DNA of 63,848 bases, the filler included, from Actinomycetota bacterium (GTDB taxonomy: Bacteria; Actinomycetota; Actinomycetes; JAKEEW01): the NCBI GenBank assembly GCA_046725875.1. It is 3 parts of 3 records of this genome, joined end to end, with 100 filler letters (N's around TTAATTAATTAA, not from the genome) between each part and the next. Parts side by side here need not be neighbours in the genome. Positions count along the whole stretch, not along the records: positions 24,300 to 55,395 come from JBKOZJ010000074.1; positions 55,496 to 63,848 come from JBKOZJ010000082.1; 1 more part is not named here. The stretch is one strand, 5' to 3'. This document shows positions 48,990 to 60,561 of the stretch, piece after piece. Below the pieces are notes generated by a model. The model had not been told where the DNA came from and ran no database searches. It saw only the letters and a list, made by a program, of their open reading frames with translations. The first letter of the stretch is position 1. The number at the start of each line of letters is the position of its first letter. The translations under genes were made by a program, and so were the position numbers.

Positions 48990-49703
48990 TCAAGTTATGA
49001 TGCCGCTGCGCAGCGAGATGGCGACCATTCCGGCCCGGTCACCCGTTCCGAGCTTCCGCGCGATCCGGGCCAGGTGGCTCTTCACCGTCAGCGCGGACAA
49101 CCCCATCGCCTCGCCGATATCCCGGTTCGAGCGGCCGTCGGCCACATGCCTGATCACCTCGACCTCGCGGCGGGAGAGGCCACCGGCGATGCCGCTGCCA
49201 TTGCTGGTCGCCGGTCCGGCCCGGCTCGGCTGCATCGGTCTGGGGGCACGGTGCGGCGCGAGGATGAAGCCTTTGATCCCGGCGTTGAGAGCGGCGATGA
49301 CCATCCTGAGGTCGCTGACCGCGGACATTCCGACGCCGCCGTGCCAACCGTTACGGCGCAGCTCGGCGAGGAGCGCGAGCCCGTTCCCGTCGGGCAGTGC
49401 GATATCCGCGATGCAGAGGTCGCGGGGCCCCGACGTGCGGGCCCAGGCTCTCGCCTGAAGGAGGCTCGCAGCCTCAACGACCTCCCGGGCGCCAAGCGCG
49501 CGGAGTCGGCGCACGACCTGCGCACGTGCATATGGATCGGGTACGACGACCATCGCGCTGAACCGCGTTGGCGCGAGCGCCAGAGCGATGGTGTGCGGGT
49601 CGACAACTACAGTCACCGTTCCTCCCCCTTCGCTGCCGTCTGCCAGCTCGGCGGCCGCGTCGCGGACGGCGCGGTTACTCTTCCGCGGTATGACCTCCCA
49701 CAT
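48990..49703 (-). CDS. LuxR/NarL-family response regulator with atypical receiver
   Basis: LSRREVEVI..VADG.SN..IG..L..LTVKSHLARI..KLG; position between rnd and DUF3000; start uncertain. Confidence 0.85.
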   Translation of the reverse strand: MWEVIPRKSNRAVRDAAAELADGSEGGGTVTVVVDPHTIALALAPTRFSAMVVVPDPYARAQVVRRLRALGAREVVEAASLLQARAWARTSGPRDLCIADIALPDGNGLALLAELRRNGWHGGVGMSAVSDLRMVIAALNAGIKGFILAPHRAPRPMQPSRAGPATSNGSGIAGGLSRREVEVIRHVADGRSNRDIGEAMGLSALTVKSHLARIARKLGTGDRAGMVAISLRSGIIT

Positions 49704-49808
49704 TAGATCGGCGTCCTACCGGCAAACCTTGAGCAGCGATTTCGGCAAGACACGCCGTGGGGCATACCTCCCGAGGTCGGGCCGGGCCGGCACGTACGCT
49801 CTCGGACC

Positions 49809-50378
49809 ATGACCGCCGGCGAGCTCGAGATGTCCACCGGGCCTTTCCAGCAGGCGTTGGCGAGTTTGGACCACGCCGAGCTGCGAACCGAGATAACGGT
49901 CGAGCGCGCGCCGGCACCGCCGCGGCTGGCGCCCTATACCCTCGCGCTTACCGCGGAGGTGGAAATTGACGGTGAGGAGCTCGCGTCCGGCCGGTTCGTC
50001 GTGCTTCACGATCCAGCCGGCCACGACGAATGGGCGGGCACCTTTCGCATTGTCACCTTCGTGCATGCGCCACTCGAGCCGGACATCGCGGGTGACCCGC
50101 TCTTCCCAGAGGTCGGCTGGACTTGGCTGACCGAGGCGCTGACGGCGCATGGCGCGTCGTACGTTGCCGCCAGCGGCACCGTCACCCGCGTTGCATCAGA
50201 AGGATTCGGTGGTCTTGCCGGGCAGCCGCCGGCCGCCGAGGTGGAGATCCGGGCGTCATGGACGCCGGCGGACGCGGAGCTCGGCTCGCATCTTGCCGCG
50301 TGGGGTGACCTGCTCTGCACGGTCGCGGGTCTGCCCCCCGCGGCCCCAGACGTTTCTGTGCTGCGCCCGCGCCGTTAG
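49809..50378 (+). CDS. DUF3000 family protein
   Basis: [26 protein letters not shown]; synteny. Confidence 0.85.
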   Translation: MTAGELEMSTGPFQQALASLDHAELRTEITVERAPAPPRLAPYTLALTAEVEIDGEELASGRFVVLHDPAGHDEWAGTFRIVTFVHAPLEPDIAGDPLFPEVGWTWLTEALTAHGASYVAASGTVTRVASEGFGGLAGQPPAAEVEIRASWTPADAELGSHLAAWGDLLCTVAGLPPAAPDVSVLRPRR

Positions 50379-50439
50379 GAGGGCGTACGCGGCGCCCGCG
50401 CGTGGCTGGCGACTCCGTGCGGTCTGGGAGGATGCGTCC

Positions 50440-51483
50440 GTGAGTGACGCGCCGCCCGACTCCGCGTTCGTCCGAGCCTGCCGCCGCGAAGCGGTCTCGT
50501 ACACGCCGGTCTGGTTCATGCGGCAGGCGGGCCGGTCGCTGCCGGAGTACCGGAGGCTACGGGCGGGGGTGCCGATGCTGGAGTCGGCCCGGCGCCCAGA
50601 GCTTGTCACCGAGATCACAATGCAGCCAGTGCGGCGGTACGGAGTAGACGCTGCGATTCTCTACAGCGATATCGTGCTGCCTCTGGCCGCGGTCGGAGTC
50701 GATGTGGAGGTCGAACCCGGCATTGGGCCGGTCGTCGCGGCTCCGATCCGGGAGTACGCAGACCTCGCCCCGCTGCGGCCGCTCGAGCCGGACGACGTGC
50801 CGTACATCACCGAAGCCGTCCAGGCGCTGGTTGGCGAACTGGGCAGCACGCCGCTGATCGGCTTCGGCGGGGCGCCGTTCACGCTCGCGACTTATCTGGT
50901 CGAGGGCGGTCCGTCGAAACACCATGAACGGACCAAGGCGCTGATGTACGGGAACCCGCTGTTGTGGCACGCACTCCTCGAACGGCTCGCGGTCATTACC
51001 GGCCAATTCCTCCGCGTCCAAGTCGAGGCGGGCGCGAGCGCCGTACAGCTCTTCGACTCCTGGGCCGGCGTGCTGCCCGCGTCCGATTATGAGGAGTACG
51101 TCTACCCGCACTCGGCCGCGGTCCTTCGCGCCGTCGAGGGCATACCGAAGATCCACTTTGGGGTAGGTACGGCGGAGCTGCTCGGCCTGATGGCCGCGGC
51201 GGGCGCGGACGTCGTCGGCGTGGACTGGCGGCTGCCGCTGGACGAGGCCGCGCGGCGGATCGGCCCCCGCCGGGCGGTCCAGGGCAACCTCGACCCGGCC
51301 GTGCTTTTCGCGCCCTGGGAGGTCGTCGCGGTGCGGGCTCGCTCGGTGCTAAACGCCGGGCGGGCAGCCGACGCACACATCTTCAACCTCGGTCATGGCG
51401 TGCTGCCCGACACCGATCCCGACGTTCTCGCCCGCCTCGTCGACTTCGTCCACACCGCGTCAGCCGTGCACCCGGGCGAATGA
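50440..51483 (+). CDS. hemE: Uroporphyrinogen decarboxylase
   Basis: [37 protein letters not shown]. Confidence 0.97.
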   Translation: MSDAPPDSAFVRACRREAVSYTPVWFMRQAGRSLPEYRRLRAGVPMLESARRPELVTEITMQPVRRYGVDAAILYSDIVLPLAAVGVDVEVEPGIGPVVAAPIREYADLAPLRPLEPDDVPYITEAVQALVGELGSTPLIGFGGAPFTLATYLVEGGPSKHHERTKALMYGNPLLWHALLERLAVITGQFLRVQVEAGASAVQLFDSWAGVLPASDYEEYVYPHSAAVLRAVEGIPKIHFGVGTAELLGLMAAAGADVVGVDWRLPLDEAARRIGPRRAVQGNLDPAVLFAPWEVVAVRARSVLNAGRAADAHIFNLGHGVLPDTDPDVLARLVDFVHTASAVHPGE

Positions 51484-51523
51484 AGGTGCCCCTCATTCGA
51501 GAGGTCAGAACGAGGGGCACCTT
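51483..51523. terminator. Hairpin between convergent hemE and DUF4349 genes
   Basis: AAGGTGCCCCTC...GAGGGGCACCTT 12-bp stem. Confidence 0.6.
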
Positions 51524-51570
51524 AAGCGGCCGAAGACGGAGCGAACGCGCCTTACAGCCGGATGCACTAG

Positions 51571-52539
51571 CTAGCTGGACAGGGGTGCGTTGTCGGCGTT
51601 TGCCGCCTTGGCAGGTCGAGGCTGCCGGTGGCGACGGATCAGCGGGAACGCGACGGCGGCGACCACCACGCCGGCGACGATGAAGGGCAGCAGGGCGCCG
51701 ACGACGAGCAGCACGACGCCAACGAAGCCGGTGAAGGCCCGCCAGCCGTTCCGCAATCCGGCGAGGAAGCCGAGCTCGGTCTCCTTCTCTTCCCCCGCCG
51801 GCTGGTCGCCCGTCGCGGCGAGGTGCAGTTTGATCGTCCCCAGGTCGGCCTGCTCGGCCAGCGCCTTTTGCTGAGCGAGCAGCGACTCGAGGTCAGCCTC
51901 GCGACGGGAGAGCTCACTCTCGATCGCTACCACGTCGCCGATCTTCGTCGCGCGGGAGAGCAGCACACGCACCCTGTCCAGGCTTGCCCGCTGGGTCTCG
52001 ATCCGGCTCTGCACGTCCACGAACTGCTGTGTGACGTCCTTGGTGTCCCGGCCTTGGCTAAGCAGCCTACCTAGGCTCGTAAGCTCGCGAACCGTCCGCT
52101 CGTAGGCGTCTGGCGGCACGCGCAACCCGAGGTCGGCCGACGTGATGCGATCGTCGGAACCTGACCCGTCGCCGGTGCCGGACGATGTCTGCTCGAACTC
52201 AACACGACCACCGGCTGCGAGCGCTGTGTCCTCCGCCGCCCGAACTGCCCTAGTCACGTCTGTGACCTCGACGCTCAGGTCCGAGGTCTGGATGAGCTTC
52301 TGCTCCTGCAGCAATGCACCACTGGCATTGCGGTTCGCGGCGCTGCCGGCGGGCGCGGAGCCGGTCGCCGCTTCCTGCCCGGCATCGCCGCTTCCTGGCT
52401 GCGCACCGCCTGGTTCGACCCCAGGCGCTCCACCGGCCGCCCCGGTGTCGCCGCTGCCGCCGCCGCAGCTCGCCAAGGCGATCGACAGAGCGAGCGCAAC
52501 ACCGATGAGACCGATGGCATGTAGCCTCCGTCTACTCAT
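51571..52539 (-). CDS. DUF4349 domain lipoprotein
   Basis: Lipobox LASC, LRVP, DVTQQFVDVQSR, IESELSRREADLESL, C-terminal TM. Confidence 0.85.
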   Translation of the reverse strand: MSRRRLHAIGLIGVALALSIALASCGGGSGDTGAAGGAPGVEPGGAQPGSGDAGQEAATGSAPAGSAANRNASGALLQEQKLIQTSDLSVEVTDVTRAVRAAEDTALAAGGRVEFEQTSSGTGDGSGSDDRITSADLGLRVPPDAYERTVRELTSLGRLLSQGRDTKDVTQQFVDVQSRIETQRASLDRVRVLLSRATKIGDVVAIESELSRREADLESLLAQQKALAEQADLGTIKLHLAATGDQPAGEEKETELGFLAGLRNGWRAFTGFVGVVLLVVGALLPFIVAGVVVAAVAFPLIRRHRQPRPAKAANADNAPLSS

Positions 52540-52724
52540 TTCCGTCACCCCACTCACGGTGGTTCCTGATTGTCGTCCGGGACGCTTGTCCCGGCTCGTG
52601 ACGCGGTCGAGGGGATGGACGGAGGAGCAGCCCCCGGCCGGCGTCGTGACTGCGACCATCGCGGGCGATGGACCGGTTCCCGCCGCGGGATCGCGGTTGC
52701 GTCACGATCTGGCATCGTGGCGGT

Positions 52725-54161
52725 GTGGGCACCGGTGAGCAGGGTCGGCACGTCGTGGTGGTCGGCGGCGGCATCGCGGGTCTCGCCGCCGCGTTCTTTC
52801 TGCGCCAGGCAAGCCCGACCGGCGCGCGGTCTGCCGTAACCGTTTTGGAGGCAAGCCCGGTCGTTGGCGGAAAGCTTCGGCTCGGCGAGGTTGGCGGTAT
52901 CTATCTCGACCTCGGCGCCGAGGCGCTGCTCGCCCGCCGTCCGGAGGCGGTGGAGCTCATCCAGGCTGTGGGTCTTGGCGACGAAGTGATACATCCGCAC
53001 ACGACAGCAGCCGCGATTTGGTCCCACGGTGAACTCCATCCGATCCCGGCCGGTCAGGTGATGGGCGTCCCGGCCGACATAACCGCGATTGTCGGGAGTG
53101 GATTGCTCTCCAGGGCGGGTGCCGCCCGCCTGCCGCTCGACCATGTCCTGCCGCGCACTCGCATCGACGAGGACACCTCCGCTGGCGCGTACGTCTCCTC
53201 CCGGCTCGGTCGGGAGGTCGTCGACCGACTGGTCGAGCCGATCCTCGGCGGGGTTTACGCGGGTCGGGCCGACATGTTGTCGTTCAGCGCGACGATGCCG
53301 GATCTCGCGGCCGCCGCCCGCGAGCGCCGATCGCTGATCGAAGCTGCGAGGCATGTACGCTCCACCGCGGTCCAAACCGGCAATGGCCCGGTCTTCATTG
53401 GGCTTCCCGGCGGCGTCGGGCGACTTGCGGTGGCCGTCGCCGAGGCGTCGGGCGCGGAGATCCGCACCGGTGTGACCGTGCGCGCCCTCCGCCGTACACC
53501 GGCTGGCTGGGTGCTTACCGCCGGCTCGGCCCGGGCGCCCGAGGCCATCACCGCGGATGCCGTCGTGATCGCCGTACCAGCTCGCCCGGCGGCGCGGTTG
53601 CTCGACGCCGAATTGCCCGCCGTGGCCGCAGAACTCGCGTCGATCGACTATGCCAGCGTCGCGCTTGTCACGCTCGCCTACCCGCACGCGGCCTTTGGGG
53701 GGGTCCGGACAGGTAGCGGTTTCCTGGTCCCGCCGATTGAGGGACGGATCGCGAAGGGGGTGACCTTCAGCTCGGAAAAGTGGCAGTGGGTCGCCGCCGC
53801 CGAGCCCGGAACGATAGTCGTCCGCGTCTCGATCGGTCGCTATGGCGAGGAGCAGGATCTGCAGCGCGATGACGCAGAGCTGGTGAAACTCGCCGCCGGG
53901 GAGCTCCGCGAGCTTGCCGGGGTTCGCGGCACACCGGTGGATGCGTCCGTGACGAGGTGGGGTGGTGGGCTGCCACAGTATGCCGTGGGTCATCTCGGCC
54001 GGGTGCGCCGGATCAGAGACGGGGTCGCCGCCGTTCCTGGCCTCGTCCTGTGCGGCGCAGCCTATGACGGCGTCGGAGTACCGGCGTGCATCGCGACCGC
54101 GCGCTTGGCCGCGGAGTCCGTAATCAATGAGCTTTCGTCTGTACATAGGGTGGAGCGGTGA
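52725..54161 (+). CDS. hemG: Coproporphyrinogen III/protoporphyrinogen oxidase (HemY-type)
   Basis: [44 protein letters not shown]. Confidence 0.95.
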   Translation: MGTGEQGRHVVVVGGGIAGLAAAFFLRQASPTGARSAVTVLEASPVVGGKLRLGEVGGIYLDLGAEALLARRPEAVELIQAVGLGDEVIHPHTTAAAIWSHGELHPIPAGQVMGVPADITAIVGSGLLSRAGAARLPLDHVLPRTRIDEDTSAGAYVSSRLGREVVDRLVEPILGGVYAGRADMLSFSATMPDLAAAARERRSLIEAARHVRSTAVQTGNGPVFIGLPGGVGRLAVAVAEASGAEIRTGVTVRALRRTPAGWVLTAGSARAPEAITADAVVIAVPARPAARLLDAELPAVAAELASIDYASVALVTLAYPHAAFGGVRTGSGFLVPPIEGRIAKGVTFSSEKWQWVAAAEPGTIVVRVSIGRYGEEQDLQRDDAELVKLAAGELRELAGVRGTPVDASVTRWGGGLPQYAVGHLGRVRRIRDGVAAVPGLVLCGAAYDGVGVPACIATARLAAESVINELSSVHRVER

Positions 54162-54934
54162 GCCAAGCACATCACGGACAGCCCCGGATGACGGCGATGG
54201 AGCCGGCCGCTGCGGAGGAGGAGGCAGCCCGGCGGAAGGCCCGTCCCAAAGCACGTGACCTGAACAACATGATCAGGTACACGATGTGGTCGGTGTTCCG
54301 GGCTCGCACCGACGCCGAGCGCCTCCCCGACGAGCGCGGACCGGTCACCATCGAGATCGAGCAGCTCGTCGACGAGATCGCCGCGAAGGACGTGGTCGTC
54401 CGCGGGGTGTACGACATCGCTGGCCTGCGCGCAGATGCCGACTACATGATTTGGTGGCACGCACCGAGCAGCGACGACCTACAGGAGGCGTATTCGCGCT
54501 TCCGCCGTACTCGGCTCGGCCGGGCTAGCGAGCCGGTGTGGTCGCAGCTCGCATTGCACCGCCCGGCGGAGTTCAACAAGAGCCACGTGCCGGCCTTCCT
54601 CGCCGCGGAGGAGCCGCGGGCATATCTGTGCGTTTACCCGTTCGTCCGGTCGTACGAGTGGTATCTACTCGACCCTGCGGACCGGCGGGAGATGCTCGCC
54701 GAGCATGGCCGAATGGCCCGTGAATACCCGGACGTCCGGACGAACACGGTCGCCAGCTTCGCGCTGGGCGACTATGAATGGATGCTCGCGTTCGAGGCTG
54801 ACGATCTCCACCGGATTACCGACCTCATGCGTCATCTGCGGGGCGCGCAGGCTCGCCGCCATACCCGGCTGGAGGTGCCCTTCTACAGCGGGCGGCGGCG
54901 GCCGCTGCGCGAGATCGTCGCCGCCCTGCCCTGA
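54158..54934 (+). CDS. hemQ: Coproheme decarboxylase (ChdC)
   Basis: [39 protein letters not shown]. Confidence 0.95.
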   Translation: MSQAHHGQPRMTAMEPAAAEEEAARRKARPKARDLNNMIRYTMWSVFRARTDAERLPDERGPVTIEIEQLVDEIAAKDVVVRGVYDIAGLRADADYMIWWHAPSSDDLQEAYSRFRRTRLGRASEPVWSQLALHRPAEFNKSHVPAFLAAEEPRAYLCVYPFVRSYEWYLLDPADRREMLAEHGRMAREYPDVRTNTVASFALGDYEWMLAFEADDLHRITDLMRHLRGAQARRHTRLEVPFYSGRRRPLREIVAALP

Positions 54935-54946
54935 TGCCAGCCCCAA

Positions 54947-55144
54947 GCGCTGCTCCACCGGCAGTCCTCCCGGCAGGTCGACGAGCCCCGGGAAGTCGTT
55001 GAGGTCGCCGGCCACGACGACCCGCGCGTCCGGCTGGATGGAGAGCAACTTGTCGACGAAGCCCGCCACCACCGTCGCCTGCGACACGCGCTGCGGCTCG
55101 GTCACGAGCCTTTGCGGCTGGAACTGACCGAAGAGCGGGGAGTC
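54947..55144 (-). pseudogene. Fragment of extracellular endonuclease/exonuclease/phosphatase (ExeM/NucH-like)
   Basis: DSPLFGQFQP...QR..QA..VAGFVDKLL...ARVVVAGDLNDF; rest of the domain absent. Confidence 0.7.
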
Positions 55145-55280
55145 CCGCCCTTGCTCCTCCAATGGTTGGCGACGACGAAACACCGTCTTGCGGCGGAACC
55201 TGGACAGTCGCCCTGTCCTTGGGCAACGCCTGCCGGGAGGCACCGGCCGCCGGTCGGAGCGCCGCGCTAACGTCCTGCAT

Positions 55281-55395
55281 ATGGCGGCGACTGCGATCGA
55301 GCTCGAGGTTGGGCAGCGGAAGGTCCGGATCTCAAATCCGGAGAAGGTCTACTTCGCGGACGTTGGCGTCACGAAGCTCGATGTCGCCCAACACT
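55281..55395 (+). CDS. LigD-type primase-polymerase, N-terminus only (contig end)
   Basis: RKVRISNPEKVYF...TKLDV. Confidence 0.75.
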
Positions 55396-55495
55396 NNNNN
55401 NNNNNNNNNNNNNNNNNNNNNNNNNNNNNNNNNNNNNNNTTAATTAATTAANNNNNNNNNNNNNNNNNNNNNNNNNNNNNNNNNNNNNNNNNNNN
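55396..55495. other. Artificial contig linker
   Basis: N run containing TTAATTAATTAA. Confidence 0.98.
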
Positions 55496-55725
55496 CACGC
55501 TGATGAGCAGGTCGCGGCGGTGTCCGCGGTGCGCGGCGTGGTGGCCACCGCGTCGTGCGTCGCCACCCCGGCCGGCTATCGGGCGCAGCTGGTGTGGGCG
55601 CGCGGCCACGGGCCGGTGCGCCGGCCGGGGTGGCGGACACTGGGTCCAACGGCGCCGCGCTGGCCCCGATACTTGCGCAGCGCGGGGGTGCCGGTTATCG
55701 ACGTCAACCGGCCCGACCGGACCGG
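55496..55725 (+). mobile_element. Degenerate IS110-family transposase fragment (DEDD domain)
   Basis: ATPAGY..L.WARGHG, GSNGAALA / RYLRSAGVPVIDVNRPDR across frameshifts; ends at the acs stop. Confidence 0.75.
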
Positions 55726-57846
55726 CTACTCGACTTGGCCGAAGGACTTGATCTCGGCCTCCTCCTCGGCGGACAGGTCCTTCGGCACGTCGCCACGCGC
55801 CTCCTTCTCCGCCTGGACTTGGTGGCGGATCTCGTCGACGATCTCCGGGTTGGCGAGCGTCGTGACGTCCCCCACATCGGTGAAATTGGAGATGGACGCG
55901 ATCACCCTACGCATGATCTTGCCGGAACGGGTCTTCGGCATGTCGTGTACGACCCACACCGCCCTCGGGCGGGCGATCTTGCCGATCTGCCTCTCGATGG
56001 CCGCCACTACCTTCTCCGCGACGCCAGACCCATCGGCCTCCGACACCTCGGGCTTGAGCGAGATGTACATCTCGACGGCCCGGCCGCGCATCTCGTCCAC
56101 CACCGGGACCGCGGCCGCCTCGGCGACCTCATCGACGGTGATGGCTGCGGACTCAAGCTCCTTCGTCCCGAGCCGGTGCCCGGCGACGTTGATGACGTCG
56201 TCAACCCGACCGAGGATCCGGAAGTACCCGTCGGCCGCCTGCACGGCGCCGTCACCGGCGAAGTACGGCCAGTCGCCCCAGTCCTTGCTCTCCGGGTTCT
56301 TGCAGTACTTCTCGTAGTACGTCTGTACGAACCGCTCCGGCTGGCCCCAGATCGTCTGGAAGATGCCGGGCCACGGGTTGCGGATACAGATGTTCCCGGC
56401 CCGGACGCTGCCGGCCTCGACGAGGGTGCCCTCTTCGTCGTAGATCACGGGATACACCCCGAGCACACCGGGCCCGCATGAGCCCGGCTTCATCGGCTCC
56501 AGCGCGGGCAGGGTCGACCCGAGGAAGCCGCCGTTCTCCGTCTGCCACCAGGTGTCGACGATGACCGCCTCGCCCTTACCGACGCTGTGGTAGTACCACC
56601 GCCACACATCCGGCTCGATCGGCTCACCGACCGTCGTCATGTGCTTGAAGTGGTGGTTGTACTTAGCGGGCTCGTCGGGACCGAGCTTGCGCAGCATCCG
56701 GATCGCTGTCGGAGCGGTGTGGAAGATATTCACAGCGAGCCGCTCGGCGATCCGCCATGGCCGACCGGCGTCCGGATATGTGGGCACGCCCTCGTAGATC
56801 ACCGACGTGGTGCCGAGCGACAGCGGCCCATACACGATGTACGAGTGGCCGGTGATCCAGCCGATGTCGGCCATGCACCAGTAGGTGTCGTCCGGATGGA
56901 TGTCCTGGTAGTACTTCGACGTTCCGGTCACGTACGCGAGATAGCCGCCGGTGCTGTGCTGCGCGCCCTTCGGCCGCCCGGTCGTGCCGCTCGTATACAT
57001 GAGGAACAGCGGCGCCTCGGCCGGCATCGAGACCGGCTCGACGACCGCGCCGCGATAGTCGCGAAGCAGCTCATCGATGAAGAAGTCCCGGCCCTCGACC
57101 ATCGGGCTCGCGGACGAGTACTGCCCCGGGTCCCGGCGCCACACCAGCACTTTGTCGACATCTTGGCCCGCCTTCGCCGCCGCCTCGACCGCTTCGTCGG
57201 CCTTGACTTTGTGGTCAACTAGCTCGCCATTGCGGTAGTAGGCGTCCATGGTCACGAGGATCCGGCTTCCCGAGTCGGCGATCCGGTCGCCGCAGGCGGC
57301 TCCGCTGAATCCGCCGAAAACCTCGGAGTGGATGACGCCGAGCCGCGCGCACGCGAGCATCGCGACTGGAAGTTCCGGGACCATCGGCAGGTGGAAGGTG
57401 ACCCGGTCGCCGATCTTGACCCCGCCGACGTCCCGCAGCAAGGCCGCGAACTCGTTCACCCGGCGGTAGAGTTCCTGGTAGGTGATCGGGATCGACGGGG
57501 CGTCCTCGGGCTCGGGGACCCAGATAAGCGCTGCCTTGTTCCGGCTGCTCGCCAGATGCCGATCTACGCAGTTGTACGAGGCGTTGAGCCGGCCGCCGAC
57601 GAACCACTTCCAGAACGGTGGATTGCTGGTGTCCAGCGTCGTATGCCAGGGCGCGTCCCAGGACAGCATGTCGGCGTATTCCTTGAAGCAATCCGGGAAG
57701 CGCTCCTCGGCGAACCGCTCTCTGATGCTCGGATCGGACGCGTTCGCCTGCCCTATGAACGACTCTGGAGGATAAATCTTCTCCTCCTCGCGCCAGTGGA
57801 CGGCGATCTGCGCTTCTGAGAGGGGAACATCTTGCTCGGTTGACAT
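55726..57846 (-). CDS. acs: Acetyl-CoA synthetase
   Basis: YTSGTTGRPKG, ADIGWITGHSY, VDTWWQTE, GRVDD, PKTRSGKIMRR. Confidence 0.96.
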   Translation of the reverse strand: MSTEQDVPLSEAQIAVHWREEEKIYPPESFIGQANASDPSIRERFAEERFPDCFKEYADMLSWDAPWHTTLDTSNPPFWKWFVGGRLNASYNCVDRHLASSRNKAALIWVPEPEDAPSIPITYQELYRRVNEFAALLRDVGGVKIGDRVTFHLPMVPELPVAMLACARLGVIHSEVFGGFSGAACGDRIADSGSRILVTMDAYYRNGELVDHKVKADEAVEAAAKAGQDVDKVLVWRRDPGQYSSASPMVEGRDFFIDELLRDYRGAVVEPVSMPAEAPLFLMYTSGTTGRPKGAQHSTGGYLAYVTGTSKYYQDIHPDDTYWCMADIGWITGHSYIVYGPLSLGTTSVIYEGVPTYPDAGRPWRIAERLAVNIFHTAPTAIRMLRKLGPDEPAKYNHHFKHMTTVGEPIEPDVWRWYYHSVGKGEAVIVDTWWQTENGGFLGSTLPALEPMKPGSCGPGVLGVYPVIYDEEGTLVEAGSVRAGNICIRNPWPGIFQTIWGQPERFVQTYYEKYCKNPESKDWGDWPYFAGDGAVQAADGYFRILGRVDDVINVAGHRLGTKELESAAITVDEVAEAAAVPVVDEMRGRAVEMYISLKPEVSEADGSGVAEKVVAAIERQIGKIARPRAVWVVHDMPKTRSGKIMRRVIASISNFTDVGDVTTLANPEIVDEIRHQVQAEKEARGDVPKDLSAEEEAEIKSFGQVE

Positions 57847-58063
57847 GGAGCTTGACCTCCGTGAACGGATTGAACTGATCGAGCGGATCGAGAGCCCTGC
57901 GAGAGCTCACGGCGCGGCCTTACCTCGCCGCTTGCCGGCGTGACCGCCGGGGGCGGAGCGATACCCTGGCCCGGCCAGCGTAGGCCACGCCCTCGGCGTC
58001 GCCACCACCTCGCCGCTCTTACCGGTTTGGGGTGTCTGGGTTTATGCCCGCTCTGTTGTCCCG

Positions 58064-58723
58064 CTATTGCTGCGGTAGCGGACGACTGGTGCGGTCGGTG
58101 AACGCGGGCAGGTTCGCCATCGGTGCGCCGACCGCCATGACGGCACGACCGGTCAGCTCGTTGATGACGCCAGCCGCCGACGCGTACCAAGCGACGATCG
58201 CCGTGAGCACCCCCACGTACCCGCCGATCTTGATCGTGTTTTCGCTGCTGGCGAAGTTGCCAATGGCGAGGAGGATCTCGGTCGCCTCCAGGGTGAGGAA
58301 GACGCCGAGCACGGCCATGTTGACCTGCGTAGCCCACAGGAGCATGTAGGTATTGAAGATCGCGAACGCGAGCAGGATCCAGCCCAGGTCGTTTTGGACC
58401 TGAACCTCAGCCCCTGCCGTGGGAGCGACGAGCAGGACGTAAAGCCCTAGCCCGATCCAGAAGCCGCCGTATGTCGAGAACGCGGTGGCTCCGAAGACCT
58501 TCCGGTTGCGGAACTCCCACATGCCGGCGAGGAGCTGGACCAGCCCGCCGTAGGCGAAGGCGAAGCCCAGCCAGGCTTCCGTCCCGTCCGTCCACTTTGC
58601 GTTCTGTGCCGAGAGCAGGAACGTCGTCAGCGCGAACGCTGCCAGCCCGAGCGGTGCGGGATCGGCGACAGGCCCCATGGAGACCGAAGGGGCGGAGCGG
58701 ACCTCAGGTTGTGTTGCGGCCAT
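58064..58723 (-). CDS. satP: Acetate permease, GPR1/FUN34/YaaH family
   Basis: DPAPLGLAAF, YGGLVQLLAGMWEF, YGGFW; GGAGG RBS; upstream of acs. Confidence 0.9.
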   Translation of the reverse strand: MAATQPEVRSAPSVSMGPVADPAPLGLAAFALTTFLLSAQNAKWTDGTEAWLGFAFAYGGLVQLLAGMWEFRNRKVFGATAFSTYGGFWIGLGLYVLLVAPTAGAEVQVQNDLGWILLAFAIFNTYMLLWATQVNMAVLGVFLTLEATEILLAIGNFASSENTIKIGGYVGVLTAIVAWYASAAGVINELTGRAVMAVGAPMANLPAFTDRTSRPLPQQ

Positions 58724-59301
58724 CAAAACCTCCAAAACGGGTGACGTGGAGGTCCATCGCCGGAGTCTCGTCGGACGGCGGCCGACTCGATCGTGCCGGG
58801 CACGGATCGCAGAGGCGTCCTCGGCTCTGGAGGGCGGCCCGCAGTCGACCCGCGCCTGGAGGGGTCGTGGTCCGGCGGGATGGACGATGGACGACAACTA
58901 TGTCGGGAAAGTGCTGTGCCCGACTCACGAATCGGCGGCCCAACCCTCGACAAGGTTGCGCTTCTCCCGCGAGCCTCCCCCTCCTACGGACCCTGCGCAT
59001 GAGAACCTCGCCGTGGAAGTACCACCGCTCTGGATCATAACTCTTCCATTGCATTTTGCAACGGCGACATAACGTCGCCGCCAGGTGTCCAAGCTCATCC
59101 AGACTGCAACACCGCTGCCCATCGCAGGGCGCTGTGATCGCACCTATCGAAGCTCGCTGTCCGAGACGATCCGCCTCTGACCGTGGGGCCGCCGTGCACA
59201 CCGCTCGGTGGGCTGTCCGGGAGCACAGGTGCAACCGAAGCTACGTCGTGACCGTCTACCTGGTAGGGATGCTCGCGCCTGAGCCAGCCAGGGGAGCAGC
59301 G

Positions 59302-60483
59302 ATGCGGATACAGAGCTTGCCCAAGATCGGCATGTGGGCCGTGGCCGTCGCCGTGTTGCCGGCACTCCTACTTGCCGCCCGCGGCGTCCAAGGCCAACAG
59401 TCCACTCGCGACGCCACCACTGCCATACCGCGCCTGGCCGCGACGTCGACTACGTGCACGAACAAGACCAAGCTGGCGACCTGGTCTACTCGTCGTCTCG
59501 CGCTGTTGACCATCGCGGTGCCCGCATCCGAGACCTCGGTGGTAAGCGTGCAGTCCGAGGTCAGCGCGGGCGTTGGCGGTGTGCTGCTGTTCGGCAGCAA
59601 GGCGCCGCTGGACCTCGGCGCTCAACTCGCCGCGCTCGAGACCCATGTGCCACACCAGCGTGGTCTCCTGGTCATGACCGACGAGGAAGGCGGCGGAATC
59701 CAGCGAATGGCCAACCTCGTCGGGTCACTGCCGTGGGCGGCCTGGATGGGTGATAACTGGACCGCTACGCAGATCCGCTCCCACGTCGGCAAGGTCGCGA
59801 AGCGGATGTCGGCGGCCAATGTCAACATGGACCTGGCACCGGTCGTGGACGTCGACGGCCGCGACGAGCCACCCAACCAGTACAACCCCGACGGTTGGCG
59901 CTCGTTCAGCGGCACCACGTCGGTGGTCACGCGGGATGGCCTTGCGTACCTGAATGGGCTGCGCGACGGGCACGTCATCCCGGTTCTGAAGCACTTTCCG
60001 GGTATCGGGCACTCCACGTACAACTCGGACTATGGGACGGCGTACACCCTTCAGTGGTCGACGGTGCAGAAGGTCGGGCTGCCGCCGTTCACCGCGGGCA
60101 TCAACGCGGGGGCACCGGCCATCATGGTCTCCAATGACATCGTCCGTGGCTTGGCCACCAACCCGGGCAGCATCTCCCCCACCACGATCACCTACGAACT
60201 GCGCGGGAAGCTTGGCTTCCACGGGCTGGTGATCACCGATTCGCTCACCGCCAAGGCAATCTCCAACGCCGGATTTACGCTCTCCCGCGCCGCGGTCCAA
60301 GCTCTGCGATCTGGCGCGGACATGGTCACCTTCTCCGGCACCACGAACGTCGGTTCGCGCACAACAGCAATCGCCGACGCGACTGTCAACGCGGTGGCGA
60401 ACGGCAGCCTCGCGCGCAGCCGCCTCATCGACGCGGCGGCCCACGTGCTCGGCGTCCGTCACATCAAGCTCTGCACCGAGTGA
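59302..60483 (+). CDS. Secreted glycoside hydrolase family 3 N-terminal-domain protein (NagZ-like)
   Basis: Signal peptide, DEEGG.IQR, LAPVVD, RSF, KHFPG.G, ITDSL. Confidence 0.88.
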   Translation: MRIQSLPKIGMWAVAVAVLPALLLAARGVQGQQSTRDATTAIPRLAATSTTCTNKTKLATWSTRRLALLTIAVPASETSVVSVQSEVSAGVGGVLLFGSKAPLDLGAQLAALETHVPHQRGLLVMTDEEGGGIQRMANLVGSLPWAAWMGDNWTATQIRSHVGKVAKRMSAANVNMDLAPVVDVDGRDEPPNQYNPDGWRSFSGTTSVVTRDGLAYLNGLRDGHVIPVLKHFPGIGHSTYNSDYGTAYTLQWSTVQKVGLPPFTAGINAGAPAIMVSNDIVRGLATNPGSISPTTITYELRGKLGFHGLVITDSLTAKAISNAGFTLSRAAVQALRSGADMVTFSGTTNVGSRTTAIADATVNAVANGSLARSRLIDAAAHVLGVRHIKLCTE

Positions 60484-60561
60484 ATGCACCTTAGGTGAAC
60501 CGCAGGCCATCTGCCCGCGCCTTCTGGGCGATTTGCCCATGATCTTGTGGAATCCTGCTGT

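Noticed and set aside
52554..54254. 566-aa minus-strand ORF (and similar 46357-47598, 59725-60540)
   Set aside because: Antisense shadows of hemG, fadA and the GH3 gene
59049..59061. TTGCA-TTT-TGCAA as a RamB-like acetate operator
   Set aside because: Short, single copy and more than 300 nt from satP; insufficient evidence
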